Shown here: one piece after another, positions 1 to 11,354 of the stretch
Layout of the letters: each line of letters opens with the position of its first letter
How positions within the stretch are numbered: position 1 is the first letter of the stretch
Assembly: GCA_003210275.1 (NCBI GenBank)
Contig: QCVU01000001.1
Location: 643 to 64,642, forward strand
Direction: 5' to 3'
Source of the DNA: Prochlorococcus sp. AG-686-M10
GTDB lineage: Bacteria; Cyanobacteriota; Cyanobacteriia; PCC-6307; Cyanobiaceae
Length of the DNA: 64,000 nucleotides
Made by a program: the position numbers and the translations under genes
Notes under the pieces: generated by a model
Database searches by the model: none
What the model saw: the letters and a program-made list of their open reading frames with translations, nothing else
What the model was told of the DNA's origin: nothing

Positions 1-1411
1 AATGGGGTTTTATAAGTGAAGAACTGCCTTTCAAACAACTTTCTTTAATTCCAGATGATGAAACTATAGTGGATTTTTGATAGTGACCGTTCAAAGTTGA
101 TAAATAATTTCTGACATGAGTTTTCCAACTAAAATGTCTATGAACTCCTTCAATTCCATTTCTACTCCATAACTTCCACTGAGAACTATTTGAAATACCT
201 TTTTCAAGAGCAATTTTCAACTGATTAGCGTCAGTTACATCCACTAATATGCCATTCTCACATTTTGCATGAATTTCTTTAGGACCTCCATCATCTGTAG
301 CAATAATCGGTAAGCCGCATGAAGAGGCTTCGAGCAAAGTTAAGCCGAAAGGTTCTGTCAATGCAGGATTGACAAAAATTCCTCCCCTACTAGCTGCCCA
401 TCTGTATAAAGAAGGAATATTTGCTGGGGAATGTTTTTTTGGATAAGCTACTTTTCCATATAAATTATATTTATCTATCATTTCAAAAATCTTTTGAAAA
501 ACATCTCTTTGTTGAGAATCAAGTTTAGATGTATTATCTCTACAACCTAAAACTAAAATCAAATTAGATTTTCTTTTTAATTTTTCTGATCGTCCATAAG
601 CTTCAACTAAAGCAGGGATATTTTTTCTTCTTACTGCTCTAGAAATAGCCAATATAGGAGGCTTTCTTAAGTCTTTCAAAAAAGGAACAATCATATTGTC
701 AATTTCAGAGGTCTCAGTTGTTGAATGAATATGATGAAATTTGGTATGATCAACGCCCGGAGCAATAACTTTCGATTTTTCAGTTGAAAAAGAGTGATAT
801 TGAGAATATTGATGTATAGATTCTTGTTTAGTACTTGTCACAACAATATCTGCATATTTTAAGGCTTCTTCTTCTGCATTAATTCTTTTACTAATGCAGT
901 AAAGCTTTTCAATTTGATTAATTTTTAAACCAGCCTCAAGTAATTTTCTCTTTTTTTCTCTTCCTAAAGAATGCCCTGTGAAAATAAAAGGTACTTTTAA
1001 AGCTTGGCTTAATCTAACTCCCACATAACCAGCATCTGCGTAATGAGAATGTATATAACTTGGCATATTTTCCTGTTTTCCATAATGCTGAATAAGATTT
1101 TGAGTTAATTCATCTAAATAGGGCCAAAGTAATTCTTTTCTTAAATACTTATTGGGTCCAAATTGAAATCTTAAAATTTGTGCTCCAGGTTCAATAAATT
1201 CTTGCTCTTTTGAATAAGCACTATCAATTTTACTATCGTTAATAAGACGAGTGACTAAATCAACTTGGTGAACTTCAGAAGTATTAGCTAAGCTCTTTAC
1301 CAATTCCATAACATATTGCGTTTGACCACCAGTATCTGAATCTCTACCCAATTCAAGACTATTAGAACGTATTAAACCATGCAAATGTAAATGTAAAAAT
1401 TTCAAACTCAT
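1..1411 (-). CDS. sps: Sucrose-phosphate synthase (GT4 glycosyltransferase); stop codon falls just outside the window
   Basis: Manual translation from ATG at 1411: MSLKFLHLHLHGLIRSNSLELGRDSDTGGQTQYV...; later HYADAGYVG and NPALTEPFGLTLLEA motifs; last full codon is at 2-4. Confidence 0.9.
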   Translation of the reverse strand, partial: MSLKFLHLHLHGLIRSNSLELGRDSDTGGQTQYVMELVKSLANTSEVHQVDLVTRLINDSKIDSAYSKEQEFIEPGAQILRFQFGPNKYLRKELLWPYLDELTQNLIQHYGKQENMPSYIHSHYADAGYVGVRLSQALKVPFIFTGHSLGREKKRKLLEAGLKINQIEKLYCISKRINAEEEALKYADIVVTSTKQESIHQYSQYHSFSTEKSKVIAPGVDHTKFHHIHSTTETSEIDNMIVPFLKDLRKPPILAISRAVRRKNIPALVEAYGRSEKLKRKSNLILVLGCRDNTSKLDSQQRDVFQKIFEMIDKYNLYGKVAYPKKHSPANIPSLYRWAASRGGIFVNPALTEPFGLTLLEASSCGLPIIATDDGGPKEIHAKCENGILVDVTDANQLKIALEKGISNSSQWKLWSRNGIEGVHRHFSWKTHVRNYLSTLNGHYQKSTIVSSSGIKESCLKGSSSLIKPH

Positions 1412-1607
1412 TTGGCACTTTTCAAACACAATATAACTAATAGGATGTATTTAACTTTAAAAATATTAAGAAAGCATTATGATTAAATATTTTAATAAAG
1501 TTATCTATATCACAAGTCTTGCTATGAATACTTTCTGATAACTTCATAAAAAAATTTTTTGTACATAATAATGTTAAAAATACGAAGAAATGTAACTAAT
1601 TAAGGGC

Positions 1608-4508
1608 TTAATTTAGAGCTTCTTTTAAATATTTAGCCGTATAACTTGTTGAATGCTTAGCAACATCTTCAGGTGTACCCTCGACTATAATCTCTCCACC
1701 TTTATCACCTCCATCAGGCCCAAGATCAATTATCCAATCTGAACATCTAATAACATCCAGATTATGCTCAATGACAACTACGGAATTACCTTTATCAACT
1801 AAACGTTGAATAACATCCATTAATTTATGAACATCATAAAAACTTAACCCAGTTGTTGGCTCATCAATTAAATACAAAGTTTTTCCAGTGGCTCGTTTAG
1901 ATAATTCAGTTGCTAATTTTACTCTTTGTGCTTCACCACCAGATAATGTTGGAGCTGGCTGGCCCAACTTGACGTAGCCAAGTCCTACATCAACTAATGT
2001 AGATAATCTATCAGCTGCTTGAGGAATAGCGGAAAAAGTTTCTGCAGCCTGCTCAACAGTCATTTCTAAAACATCTGAAATATTGAAGCCCTTGTACTTA
2101 ACTTGAAGAGTTTCTCGATTAAAACGAGCTCCCTTACACACATCACATTGAACATAAACGTCAGGTAAAAAATTCATTTCAATTACGTTTACCCCTTGTC
2201 CTCGACAAGCTTCACATCTACCTCCTTTTACATTAAAGCTAAATTGCCCAGCTTGATAACCTCTCGCTTTAGCTTCTACAGTAGCAGTAAATAATTGTCT
2301 GATTGGATCAAAAGCTCCCGTATAAGTAGCAGGGTTTGATCTAGGCGTTCTTCCAATAGGAGATTGATCAATAACAATAACCTTATCTATAGCTTTTATT
2401 CCTTTTAACTCTTTAACACCTTTAGGGAAAGGTACTTTTAAACCAAGAGAATGACTAAGCGCAGGATGTAATAATTCATTAACTAATGTACTTTTTCCAC
2501 TTCCACTAACTCCTGTAACAGAAACTAGTTTCCCTAAAGGAAATTCAACGGATATATCTTTTAAATTGTTTTTAACGCAGTTATTTAAAATCAAACTTTT
2601 CTTAACTGCAGATCTTCGCTCTTTGGGAGTAGGAATCGACTTTCTTCCACTGAGATACGCTCCAGTCAAAGAATCCTTTGAGTTTAAAACATCTTCAAAT
2701 GTACCTTTTGCAATAATTTCTCCCCCATAAACTCCTGCACCTGGTCCAATATCCACTAAGTAATCAGCAGATTTCATAGTATCTTCATCGTGTTCAACCA
2801 CAACAAGAGTATTTCCCAAATCTCTGAGACTTTTTAATGTTTCCAGCAATCTATCATTATCTCTTTGGTGTAAACCAATACTGGGTTCATCCAATACGTA
2901 TAAAACACCAGTTAGACCAGCTCCAATTTGAGTTGCTAATCTGATACGTTGAGCTTCGCCTCCTGATAGAGTCATCGCAGGTCTATCTAGAGTTAAATAA
3001 TCTAAACCAACATTAATTAAAAACTTTAGGCGTAGCCTAATTTCTTTTAAAACTAATTCGCCTATTTGTTTTTGTTTCTCAGATAAAGAAATATTTTCTT
3101 TTATATTTTTGCTTAACCCCATTATTTTCTCAATATTAAATAAGGTTTCTGAAATACTACTAGAAGTCAAATCAGTGATGTTATAAGGTCCAAGCTTAAC
3201 TGCAAGTGCTTCTGGTTTTAATCTTTTACCAGAACATGTTTTACAAGGAACTAATTCTAAATATTTTTCAAGCTTTTGCTTAACTGATTCTCCATTAGTT
3301 TCACTTAATTGCCTTTCTAAAATTGGCAAAATTCCTTCAAAAGGTCTTTCAAAACCACTAGCACTTTTAAAACGACTATCAGCTTGAATTACAATTGGTT
3401 TATCAGATCCTGAAAGTAAGACATTTTTTTGTAAATTACTAAGATCTTTCCAGGGAGTTTTTAATTCAAAACCATAAGCTTGTCCAACTGAATAAAGTAA
3501 TGAAAAATAATAAGTATTATCTTTTTCACTCCAAGGAGCAATAGCAGCATAAACAGGTAAAGAAGTATCTGGTATTACTCTATCTGCAGTAAATTTTTTT
3601 AAATATCCAATACCATGACAATCAGAACAAGCACCGTAGGGACTGTTAAAAGAAAATAGTCTTGGAGACAACTCTTCAACGATAGATCCATGAATCGGAC
3701 ATGCATAATTCTCTGAATATAACTTTTCTTTGTCTAAGGTCGGAGGTAAAGTTTCGCCTTTTTTTGGAACAACTTCTACGATAGATAGTCCATCTCCTCT
3801 TTTAAGACAAGTTTGTAAAGAGTCATTCAATCTTTCCTGAATTCCCTCTCTCGCAATCAATCGATCAACTACTACCTCAATATTGTGAGTATGATTTTTG
3901 TCTAATTCAATACTATCTGCAAGTTCTCTCACCTCACCATTAATTCTTACACGGGCAAAGCCTTCTGCCGCTAACCCACTAAGTAATTTTGCATGAGTTC
4001 CTTTTTTTCCTCTTACAACAGGCGCAAGCAATTGATATCTTGTTCCTTCAGGCAACAAAACTATTTGATCTACCATTTCATCAATTGTTTGAGGAGCAAT
4101 GGGTAAACCACAGTGATGACAATGAGGTTCTCCGGCTCGTCCAAATAATAACCTTAAATAATCTTGTATCTCAGTTACAGTTCCAACAGTTGATCGAGGA
4201 TTATGACTCGTTGATTTTTGATCTATAGATATAGCAGGGGATAAGCCCTCAATATTATCTACATCTGGTTTATCAACTTGACCTAAAAATTGTCTTGCGT
4301 AAGCAGAAAGACTTTCTACATATCTCCTTTGACCTTCAGCAAAAATAGTATCAAAAGCCAAAGAGCTTTTGCCGCTTCCGCTCACACCAGTAAAAACAAT
4401 AAATTTATTTCTTGGAAGAGTTAGATTTATATTCTTTAAATTATGTTGTCGAGCGCCTCGAATTTTTATTGAATTATCTTCATTAATTCCAATATTTTTT
4501 TTAACCAT
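1608..4508 (-). CDS. uvrA: Excinuclease ABC subunit A
   Basis: Two GVSGSGKS Walker A motifs, LSGGEAQR signatures, Zn fingers; 966 aa. Confidence 0.98.
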   Translation of the reverse strand: MVKKNIGINEDNSIKIRGARQHNLKNINLTLPRNKFIVFTGVSGSGKSSLAFDTIFAEGQRRYVESLSAYARQFLGQVDKPDVDNIEGLSPAISIDQKSTSHNPRSTVGTVTEIQDYLRLLFGRAGEPHCHHCGLPIAPQTIDEMVDQIVLLPEGTRYQLLAPVVRGKKGTHAKLLSGLAAEGFARVRINGEVRELADSIELDKNHTHNIEVVVDRLIAREGIQERLNDSLQTCLKRGDGLSIVEVVPKKGETLPPTLDKEKLYSENYACPIHGSIVEELSPRLFSFNSPYGACSDCHGIGYLKKFTADRVIPDTSLPVYAAIAPWSEKDNTYYFSLLYSVGQAYGFELKTPWKDLSNLQKNVLLSGSDKPIVIQADSRFKSASGFERPFEGILPILERQLSETNGESVKQKLEKYLELVPCKTCSGKRLKPEALAVKLGPYNITDLTSSSISETLFNIEKIMGLSKNIKENISLSEKQKQIGELVLKEIRLRLKFLINVGLDYLTLDRPAMTLSGGEAQRIRLATQIGAGLTGVLYVLDEPSIGLHQRDNDRLLETLKSLRDLGNTLVVVEHDEDTMKSADYLVDIGPGAGVYGGEIIAKGTFEDVLNSKDSLTGAYLSGRKSIPTPKERRSAVKKSLILNNCVKNNLKDISVEFPLGKLVSVTGVSGSGKSTLVNELLHPALSHSLGLKVPFPKGVKELKGIKAIDKVIVIDQSPIGRTPRSNPATYTGAFDPIRQLFTATVEAKARGYQAGQFSFNVKGGRCEACRGQGVNVIEMNFLPDVYVQCDVCKGARFNRETLQVKYKGFNISDVLEMTVEQAAETFSAIPQAADRLSTLVDVGLGYVKLGQPAPTLSGGEAQRVKLATELSKRATGKTLYLIDEPTTGLSFYDVHKLMDVIQRLVDKGNSVVVIEHNLDVIRCSDWIIDLGPDGGDKGGEIIVEGTPEDVAKHSTSYTAKYLKEALN

Positions 4509-4562
4509 GCTTAAATCTTAAAATGATTTAAAGAACATTCATTATAGTGGAAAATTTATAAT

Positions 4563-6242
4563 TTATGCGGCCGCTCTGTCTATAAGTGTCGATGCATAAT
4601 TATTTGCTTCACTAAAACCACCACCAATAAGTTCAATTAACTCGTTTTGTCTTTCTTTTTTTGTTATTAATTTCGAAATAGAAGTAAAGGTTATTCCATT
4701 AATAACATTTTTCTTTACTTTAAAATGAGTATTTCCAGTTGCTGCTAAAAAAGGCTGATGAGTAATACACAAAACCTGCCTTTCCTTTGCAGTTACTTTA
4801 ATCAAATCAACTAAAGAATGTAATGATTTTCCACTTAAACCATTATCGATTTCATCTAAGAAAAAAGTGTTAGGTTTTTTAGAAATGCTATATTTTATGG
4901 CTAATAAAAATCTTGACATTTCTCCACCTGAAATAACTTTAGATAATGGAGCTAACTTTTGATCAGGATTAGCAGAAAAAAGGAAATCTATATTATCAAT
5001 GCCTTCTGGAGAAGGTGTAACTTTTGAGAAGTTAATTGAGAAATCTGCATTTTCTAAACCTAGATTTTTCAAAAGAGAAATTACAGAATCTTGAAGCTGA
5101 TTAGCCGTTTCCCTTCTTTGAGAAGACTGAATCTCGAAAAGAGTATTTAAATTAGCTTGCGATTTATTGATTTGAATATCCAGCTTCTTAATCTCTTGCT
5201 CAAATAAATTTGTATCAATAAATGTTTTTAATTCGTCTTTCTTCAAAATCAATTTTGGAAGTTCTAAAGAAAAAGTACGCTCTAAATTTTGCAAATAAAA
5301 TAATCTTTTTTGAATTTCTTCCAAATTAATATCCTCATTCTCAAGTTCTTCCGAATATTCTGTTAAAGCATATATTAAATTTTCTACATCATTTTGAATA
5401 TTTATTAAATTTTCATTTAATTCCTTAATTTTTGAATCAAATTGAATAACTTTACTTAATTGTTTAATTGATTGAGCAATTAAATGGCTTACTGATGGAG
5501 CATCATTTTTATAGTTATTTAAATTATCAAGTGATAACTTTATTGAGTGATTTATATCAAAATTATTTGAAAGACGCAATTCCTTTGATTGTAATTCGAA
5601 AATTTCATCACTTGAATTTAAATTAGCTTCCTCCAATATTTTATACATCTCTTTAATTGCGAAATTATTTTCTTCTTTCTTTTTAAATGATCGTATCTTT
5701 TCTTCTCTTCTTTTAATAAGAATCTGACATTCATGCCATTTATTCTTAATTTGAAAATTTATCGTCTTTAATTTTTTTGGGCCTAAATCATCAATAATTG
5801 ATCTTCTGTAATCTTGATTATCATATAAGACGCTATCAGATTGACCAGCAAAATCTACTAACAATAAACCTAACTGTTCTAAAAGCTTTTTACTAATAGA
5901 AAAATCATTTATCGTATATTTTGACAATATTTTATTATTTTTAATATAAGATTTTCTTTTTACGTAGATTTCCCCTGAAATTTTGTAAAAACCATTTCTC
6001 GAGAACCAATTAGTTACTTCCAAAGAATTTGAAAATTTCGCCTCAATTAAACATTCCTCTTTTCCTGGACGTATTAAGTGCTTTAAAGGTATATTAGATC
6101 CACCGAATAAAACATTTAAGGAATCTAAAATCAGTGATTTTCCTGATCCTGAATCTCCCGTAAAAATATTCAAACCTTTTTCGAAATTAATTTCTATAAT
6201 CTCTATTAAGGCAATATTTTTTAAAGTTAATTGTATTAACAT
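4563..6242 (-). CDS. recN: DNA repair protein RecN
   Basis: MLIQLTLKNIALIE N-terminus (likely start 6242), TGDSGSGKS, ISGGEMSR, LDEID, QVLCITHQP. Confidence 0.95.
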   Translation of the reverse strand: MLIQLTLKNIALIEIIEINFEKGLNIFTGDSGSGKSLILDSLNVLFGGSNIPLKHLIRPGKEECLIEAKFSNSLEVTNWFSRNGFYKISGEIYVKRKSYIKNNKILSKYTINDFSISKKLLEQLGLLLVDFAGQSDSVLYDNQDYRRSIIDDLGPKKLKTINFQIKNKWHECQILIKRREEKIRSFKKKEENNFAIKEMYKILEEANLNSSDEIFELQSKELRLSNNFDINHSIKLSLDNLNNYKNDAPSVSHLIAQSIKQLSKVIQFDSKIKELNENLINIQNDVENLIYALTEYSEELENEDINLEEIQKRLFYLQNLERTFSLELPKLILKKDELKTFIDTNLFEQEIKKLDIQINKSQANLNTLFEIQSSQRRETANQLQDSVISLLKNLGLENADFSINFSKVTPSPEGIDNIDFLFSANPDQKLAPLSKVISGGEMSRFLLAIKYSISKKPNTFFLDEIDNGLSGKSLHSLVDLIKVTAKERQVLCITHQPFLAATGNTHFKVKKNVINGITFTSISKLITKKERQNELIELIGGGFSEANNYASTLIDRAAA

Positions 6243-6311
6243 GATAAATCTTTCATACAAAAAAATTAACTTCTTTTCAAAGAAAATAAAAGGGTTTAAA
6301 TAAATAAAGTT

Positions 6312-8168
6312 ATGAATGAAGATTATACAGATTTTATAGAAGCGTCAGGATTACTGAAATATGATCCTGAAATAATTTCGAAAATTTATCAAAAAAATCC
6401 TAGTCGTCTATTTAAAAGACTTTGGCAAACCCTAATCCCAATATTTATTTATATTATTTCAGTTGGATGGGATAAATTAACAGGACAATTAAAAAAAGAA
6501 TCAAAAGCAAGATTTAGAGCAAAACAACTAACGAATTTATTAGTAGATTTAGGCCCTGCATTCGTTAAAGCAGGTCAAGCTTTATCAACCAGACCAGACA
6601 TTATTCCTGTTGTCCTTCTTGAAGAGCTGTCTGAACTCCAAGATCAATTACCAGGATTTGATGGAAATAAAGCAATGGAATTAATAGAAGAAGATTTAAA
6701 CAAAAAAATTGATGAGATTTTTTTAACCATCGATAAAGAACCTATTTCTGCAGCCTCTTTAGGACAAGTTCATAAAGCTGTTCTCAAAAATAAAGAAATT
6801 GTAGCTGTAAAAGTACAAAGACCAGGTTTAAGAGAACAAATCACACTTGATTTATACATAGTTAGAAATATTGCTAATTGGTTAAAAAACAACATTGGAC
6901 TTATAAGGAGTGATCTTGTTGCTTTAATTGATGAATTAGGAAAGAGAGTTTTTGAAGAAATGGATTATTTAAATGAGGCTAAAAATGCTGAAAAATTTAG
7001 AAATTTGCATCTCCATAACTCAAAAATTGCTGTGCCAAAAATTTATAAAGAAACTACTTCGCGAAGAGTGTTAACTATGGAATGGATAGATGGGACAAAG
7101 TTAACTAATCTTGAAGGCGTTAAAAAATTAGGTATTGATCCTGATGAAATGATTGAAATTGGAGTGCAATGCAGTTTAGAGCAACTATTAGAACATGGTT
7201 TTTTTCATGCTGACCCACATCCTGGAAATTTGTTAGCGTTGGAAGATGGAAGATTATGTTATTTAGATTTCGGGATGATGAGTGAAGTTACTAGAAGCTC
7301 CAGATCGGGTTTAATTCAAGCAGTAGTTCATCTTGTCAATAAAAATTTTGATAAATTATCTCAAGATTTTGTTAAATTAGGTTTTCTTTCAAAAGAAGTT
7401 AATCTTGAACCTATTGTTCCAGCGTTTCAGGATGTATTTGTAAATGCAGTAGAACTTGGTGTATCAAAGATGGATTTCAAAAGTGTAACTGACGACATGT
7501 CAGGAGTTATGTATAAATTTCCCTTTCAATTACCCCCATATTATGCTCTTATAATCAGATCTTTACTGACTTTAGAAGGAATCGCTTTAAGCGTAGATCC
7601 TAATTTTAAAATACTTGGTGCCGCTTATCCCTATTTCGCAAGGAGATTAATGGAAGACCCTGATCCTCAATTAAGAGAAAGTTTAAAAGAAATGCTTTTT
7701 GATAACAAACAATTCAAATGGGACAGGTTAGAAGATTTACTTTCTAATGCTGCAAAACAAACTAATCTAGATTTAGAAAAACTTCTTGATGAGGTTATAA
7801 ATCTCCTATTTTCTCCACAAGGTGGATTTCTAAGAGATGAAATTATTAATAGTTTGACTGAGCAAATAGACTTGATAGGTTTAAAGTTATTAAAAAGCGT
7901 CAATAATTACCTTCCAAAATCAATAAAATTAAATATTACTAAAAACAAAAATAATATGAATGATTTAATCTTATCTATTGAACCGTTCAAAAATTTTTTA
8001 GATATCATACAAAAAATACCAGGCTACTCTATTGATATATTTTTAAAACGGGTGCCAAGACTTATAAACGAGCCATATACAAAAGAAATGAGTTTTAAAA
8101 TAGCAAAAAAAGTCACAGAAAAAAGCGTAGTCAGGCTTGTAAAAATTGCTGCTGGTACAACAATATAA
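6312..8168 (+). CDS. ABC1/AarF/UbiB family atypical kinase
   Basis: LGPAFVKAGQALSTRPD, AASLGQVHKA, VAVKVQRP, FFHADPHPGN, LDFGMM. Confidence 0.93.
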   Translation: MNEDYTDFIEASGLLKYDPEIISKIYQKNPSRLFKRLWQTLIPIFIYIISVGWDKLTGQLKKESKARFRAKQLTNLLVDLGPAFVKAGQALSTRPDIIPVVLLEELSELQDQLPGFDGNKAMELIEEDLNKKIDEIFLTIDKEPISAASLGQVHKAVLKNKEIVAVKVQRPGLREQITLDLYIVRNIANWLKNNIGLIRSDLVALIDELGKRVFEEMDYLNEAKNAEKFRNLHLHNSKIAVPKIYKETTSRRVLTMEWIDGTKLTNLEGVKKLGIDPDEMIEIGVQCSLEQLLEHGFFHADPHPGNLLALEDGRLCYLDFGMMSEVTRSSRSGLIQAVVHLVNKNFDKLSQDFVKLGFLSKEVNLEPIVPAFQDVFVNAVELGVSKMDFKSVTDDMSGVMYKFPFQLPPYYALIIRSLLTLEGIALSVDPNFKILGAAYPYFARRLMEDPDPQLRESLKEMLFDNKQFKWDRLEDLLSNAAKQTNLDLEKLLDEVINLLFSPQGGFLRDEIINSLTEQIDLIGLKLLKSVNNYLPKSIKLNITKNKNNMNDLILSIEPFKNFLDIIQKIPGYSIDIFLKRVPRLINEPYTKEMSFKIAKKVTEKSVVRLVKIAAGTTI

Positions 8169-8741
8169 ATGAAATTTTCAAAAAGTTTAGCTTCTAAAAT
8201 TTTTTTAATATTATTTACCAATCAAATTTTTTTTTATGCTCCTAAAGCTCAATCTGCAGAAAAAATCAAAATTGTATATAGTGTCTTTTCAAGAACAGTA
8301 ACTGTTAATTCTTTAAAAACTTTCGCTGAAAGCGGTAATTCATCAAAATCATTAAGAAAATTTTTAAATGCAACTGGTTCTTCGGATGATCAAATTCAAT
8401 CAGTATTAAATAATAATTTTGAAATACCTATAACTATTGCAAGTAAACTAGTTTACTCAGAAATTGGTAATATCGTTTTATATAGAATTGCGTCTATACT
8501 TCACACCCCAAACACGAATGATGAAAGAACAGGTATGTTAGCCCTAAGATCAAGTGTTATAAAAGGTTTATATACTGGGAAGGGAAAGATAAATCTTGTG
8601 AGCTTTTTTGAAAGTTATCCAACTAAAACTGTTATTTTGAACGTAAACGCTTTAAGTAAAGTTATGAATAAAGTACAATCTATATCAGAATTATTAGAAT
8701 TCTTTTCAAGCAAGCCCTTAGAAAAAATTAAAAACAATTAA
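8169..8741 (+). CDS. Exported DUF1400-like protein
   Basis: Signal peptide ending AQSAEKI, typical of cyanobacterial DUF1400 proteins; abuts the upstream gene. Confidence 0.7.
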   Translation: MKFSKSLASKIFLILFTNQIFFYAPKAQSAEKIKIVYSVFSRTVTVNSLKTFAESGNSSKSLRKFLNATGSSDDQIQSVLNNNFEIPITIASKLVYSEIGNIVLYRIASILHTPNTNDERTGMLALRSSVIKGLYTGKGKINLVSFFESYPTKTVILNVNALSKVMNKVQSISELLEFFSSKPLEKIKNN

Positions 8742-8747
8742 GTAATT

Positions 8748-9851
8748 ATGTCTATATTAAACAAAATTAAAAATAAACTTTCTCTTAATTACAGAAAAAA
8801 AAGATGGCCAGGATTAATCGAAGCATATAAGCAACATCTACCAGTATCTTCTAAGACTCCCATTGTATCCTTAAACGAAGGGAATACTCCTCTTATTTTC
8901 AGTAAATCAATTAGTAATTTAATTGGAAACGATACTAAAGTTTATTTAAAATATGATGGTCTTAACCCTACTGGTTCTTTTAAAGACAGAGGAATGACGA
9001 TGGCAATAAGTAAAGCAAAAGAGGAAGGACGTGAAGCGGTAATATGCGCTAGTACAGGAAACACTTCTGCGGCTGCGGCTGCTTATGCTTCAAGAGGTGG
9101 TTTAAAGTCTTATGTATTAATTCCTGATGGATATGTAGCTCAAGGAAAACTTGCTCAGGCTTTAATGTATGGAGCAGAAATCATATCTATACAAGGTAAT
9201 TTTGATAAGGCTTTAGAAATTGTCAGAAAATTGTCTTCCGAATATCCAATAAATCTTGTAAACTCCGTAAATCCTTACCGAATACAAGGTCAAAAAACAG
9301 CCGCCTTTGAAATAATAGATGACCTAGGTTTTGCTCCTGATTGGCTATGTATACCAATGGGTAATGCCGGTAACATAACAGCTTATTGGTTAGGTTTTAA
9401 AGAATATGCTGAAGCGAGAAAATTTTTTAAATTACCAATCATGATGGGATTCCAATCTGAAGGATCTGCACCTTTAGTGAAAAATATTATAGTTGAGGAT
9501 CCTGAAACAATTGCGACAGCGATTCGAATTGGTAATCCTGTAAATAGAGAAAAAGCAAAAATTGTTAAAAAAGAAAGTAAAGGAAATTTTCAATCTGTAA
9601 CTGACGAAGAAATTATTAAAGCTTATAAATTACTTGCAAAAGAAGGTGTTTTTTGTGAACCCGCAAGCGCAGCTTCAGTGGCAGGACTTATTAAAAATAA
9701 AAACAGAATAAAAAAAGAATCAACAATAGTTTGTGTTTTAACGGGTAATGGATTAAAAGATCCGGATTGTGCGATTAAAAATAATGATGCTATATTCCAG
9801 AAAAATGTTGAACCTTCATTAAAAAACATAACAAAAATTTTGGGCTACTAG
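8748..9851 (+). CDS. thrC: Threonine synthase
   Basis: [13 protein letters not shown] lysine motif, [26 protein letters not shown]. Confidence 0.96.
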   Translation: MSILNKIKNKLSLNYRKKRWPGLIEAYKQHLPVSSKTPIVSLNEGNTPLIFSKSISNLIGNDTKVYLKYDGLNPTGSFKDRGMTMAISKAKEEGREAVICASTGNTSAAAAAYASRGGLKSYVLIPDGYVAQGKLAQALMYGAEIISIQGNFDKALEIVRKLSSEYPINLVNSVNPYRIQGQKTAAFEIIDDLGFAPDWLCIPMGNAGNITAYWLGFKEYAEARKFFKLPIMMGFQSEGSAPLVKNIIVEDPETIATAIRIGNPVNREKAKIVKKESKGNFQSVTDEEIIKAYKLLAKEGVFCEPASAASVAGLIKNKNRIKKESTIVCVLTGNGLKDPDCAIKNNDAIFQKNVEPSLKNITKILGY

Positions 9852-10195
9852 CTAAGACAAAATTAAAAGTGACTGTGGAAATAATTTAAAACCCATTAAA
9901 TATTGTTGATTAACTCTCAAAATAAAAACAAAAATGTGGATAATTTAGGAAAAAGATTATATTAATTCAAATTAATCAACATTCAAAATTTCTTTTCCAC
10001 TATCTTATTTTTTTAATTACCAATTACAACAATCAATTTTGCCTGTTTTCCACAGTTTCCACAAATACTACTACTACTATATAAATTCATTTATAGAAAA
10101 TATATCTTTTAGAAGGATTGAACATTTAAAAGAAAATATTTAATTGCAATAATCAAGAAAATGGCTTTAGTATGTGTATAAAGTTATGAATTCAG
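9852..10195. other. oriC: Replication origin oriC (thrC-dnaN intergenic)
   Basis: Perfect DnaA box TGTGGATAA at 9935-9943; near-boxes at 9874-9882, 9993-10001, 10046-10054, 10055-10063; (TAC)n run at 10066-10080 followed by AT-rich DNA; directly upstream of dnaN as in cyanobacteria. Confidence 0.85.
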
Positions 10196-11353
10196 ATGGA
10201 GATCGTTTGTAATCAAAATGAATTTAATTATGCTATTCAATTAGTTAGTAAGGCAGTTGCTTCAAGACCTACACATCCAATTCTTGCCAATGTACTTCTC
10301 ACAGCTGATCAAGGTACCAATAAAATCAGTTTAACTGGATTTGATTTAAATTTAGGAATACAAACCTCATTTGATGCGACCGTAAAAAAAAGTGGTGCTA
10401 TTACCGTTCCATCAAAACTTTTATCTGAAATAGTTAATAAATTACCAAGCGAGACTCCTGTCTCTCTTTATGTTGATGAGAGCTCTGATAATATTTTAAT
10501 TAAAAGTGATAGAGGTGCTTTTAATATTAAAGGTATTCCATCGGACGATTATCCAAGTCTACCGTTTGTAGAAAGTGGTACATCCTTGAATATTGATCCA
10601 AGTTCTTTCTTAAAAGCTTTAAAATTAACTATATTCGCTAGCAGTAGTGATGATTCCAAACAATTACTAACTGGAGTAAATTTTACATTTAATTTAAAAT
10701 ATTTGGAGTCAGCTGCAACGGATGGACATAGATTGGCTGTTGTCTTGGTAGATAATAAAGAAAATTTTAATGAAAAAGAAGATATTGTTTCTAATGAAGA
10801 AAATTTATCAGTCACTATTCCAACAAGATCTTTAAGAGAAATTGAAAAGCTTGTTAGCCTAAACAGTTCTGAAAATTCAATTAAACTTTTTTATGACAAA
10901 GGTCAAGTTGTATTTATTTCTTCTAATCAAATAATAACAACTAGAACTCTTGAAGGTTCTTATCCAAATTACTCTCAATTAATACCTGATAACTTTACGA
11001 AACTTTTTACATTCAATACGAAAAAAATAATCGAATCACTCGAACGAATAGCTGTTTTAGCAGATCAACAAAGTAGTGTTGTGAAAATTAAATTGGAGGA
11101 AAAAGATTTGGCATTAGTAAGTGCGGATGCTCAAGATATTGGAAATGCCAGTGAATTAGTTCCTGTAACTTTTGATTTCGATCAATTTGATATAGCTTTT
11201 AATGTAAGGTATTTATTAGAAGGTTTAAAAGTTATCTCCAGTGAAAATGTAACTTTCAAATGTAATCTTTCTACTACGCCAGCTGTTCTAGTTCCAGAAG
11301 ATAATATTAATTCTTTCACATATTTAGTCATGCCTGTTCAAGTTCGTTCTTAA
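10196..11353 (+). CDS. dnaN: DNA polymerase III beta clamp
   Basis: THPILANVLL, ATDGHRLA, GSYPNYSQLIP, AFNVRYL, YLVMPVQVRS. Confidence 0.97.
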   Translation: MEIVCNQNEFNYAIQLVSKAVASRPTHPILANVLLTADQGTNKISLTGFDLNLGIQTSFDATVKKSGAITVPSKLLSEIVNKLPSETPVSLYVDESSDNILIKSDRGAFNIKGIPSDDYPSLPFVESGTSLNIDPSSFLKALKLTIFASSSDDSKQLLTGVNFTFNLKYLESAATDGHRLAVVLVDNKENFNEKEDIVSNEENLSVTIPTRSLREIEKLVSLNSSENSIKLFYDKGQVVFISSNQIITTRTLEGSYPNYSQLIPDNFTKLFTFNTKKIIESLERIAVLADQQSSVVKIKLEEKDLALVSADAQDIGNASELVPVTFDFDQFDIAFNVRYLLEGLKVISSENVTFKCNLSTTPAVLVPEDNINSFTYLVMPVQVRS

Positions 11354-11354
11354 G

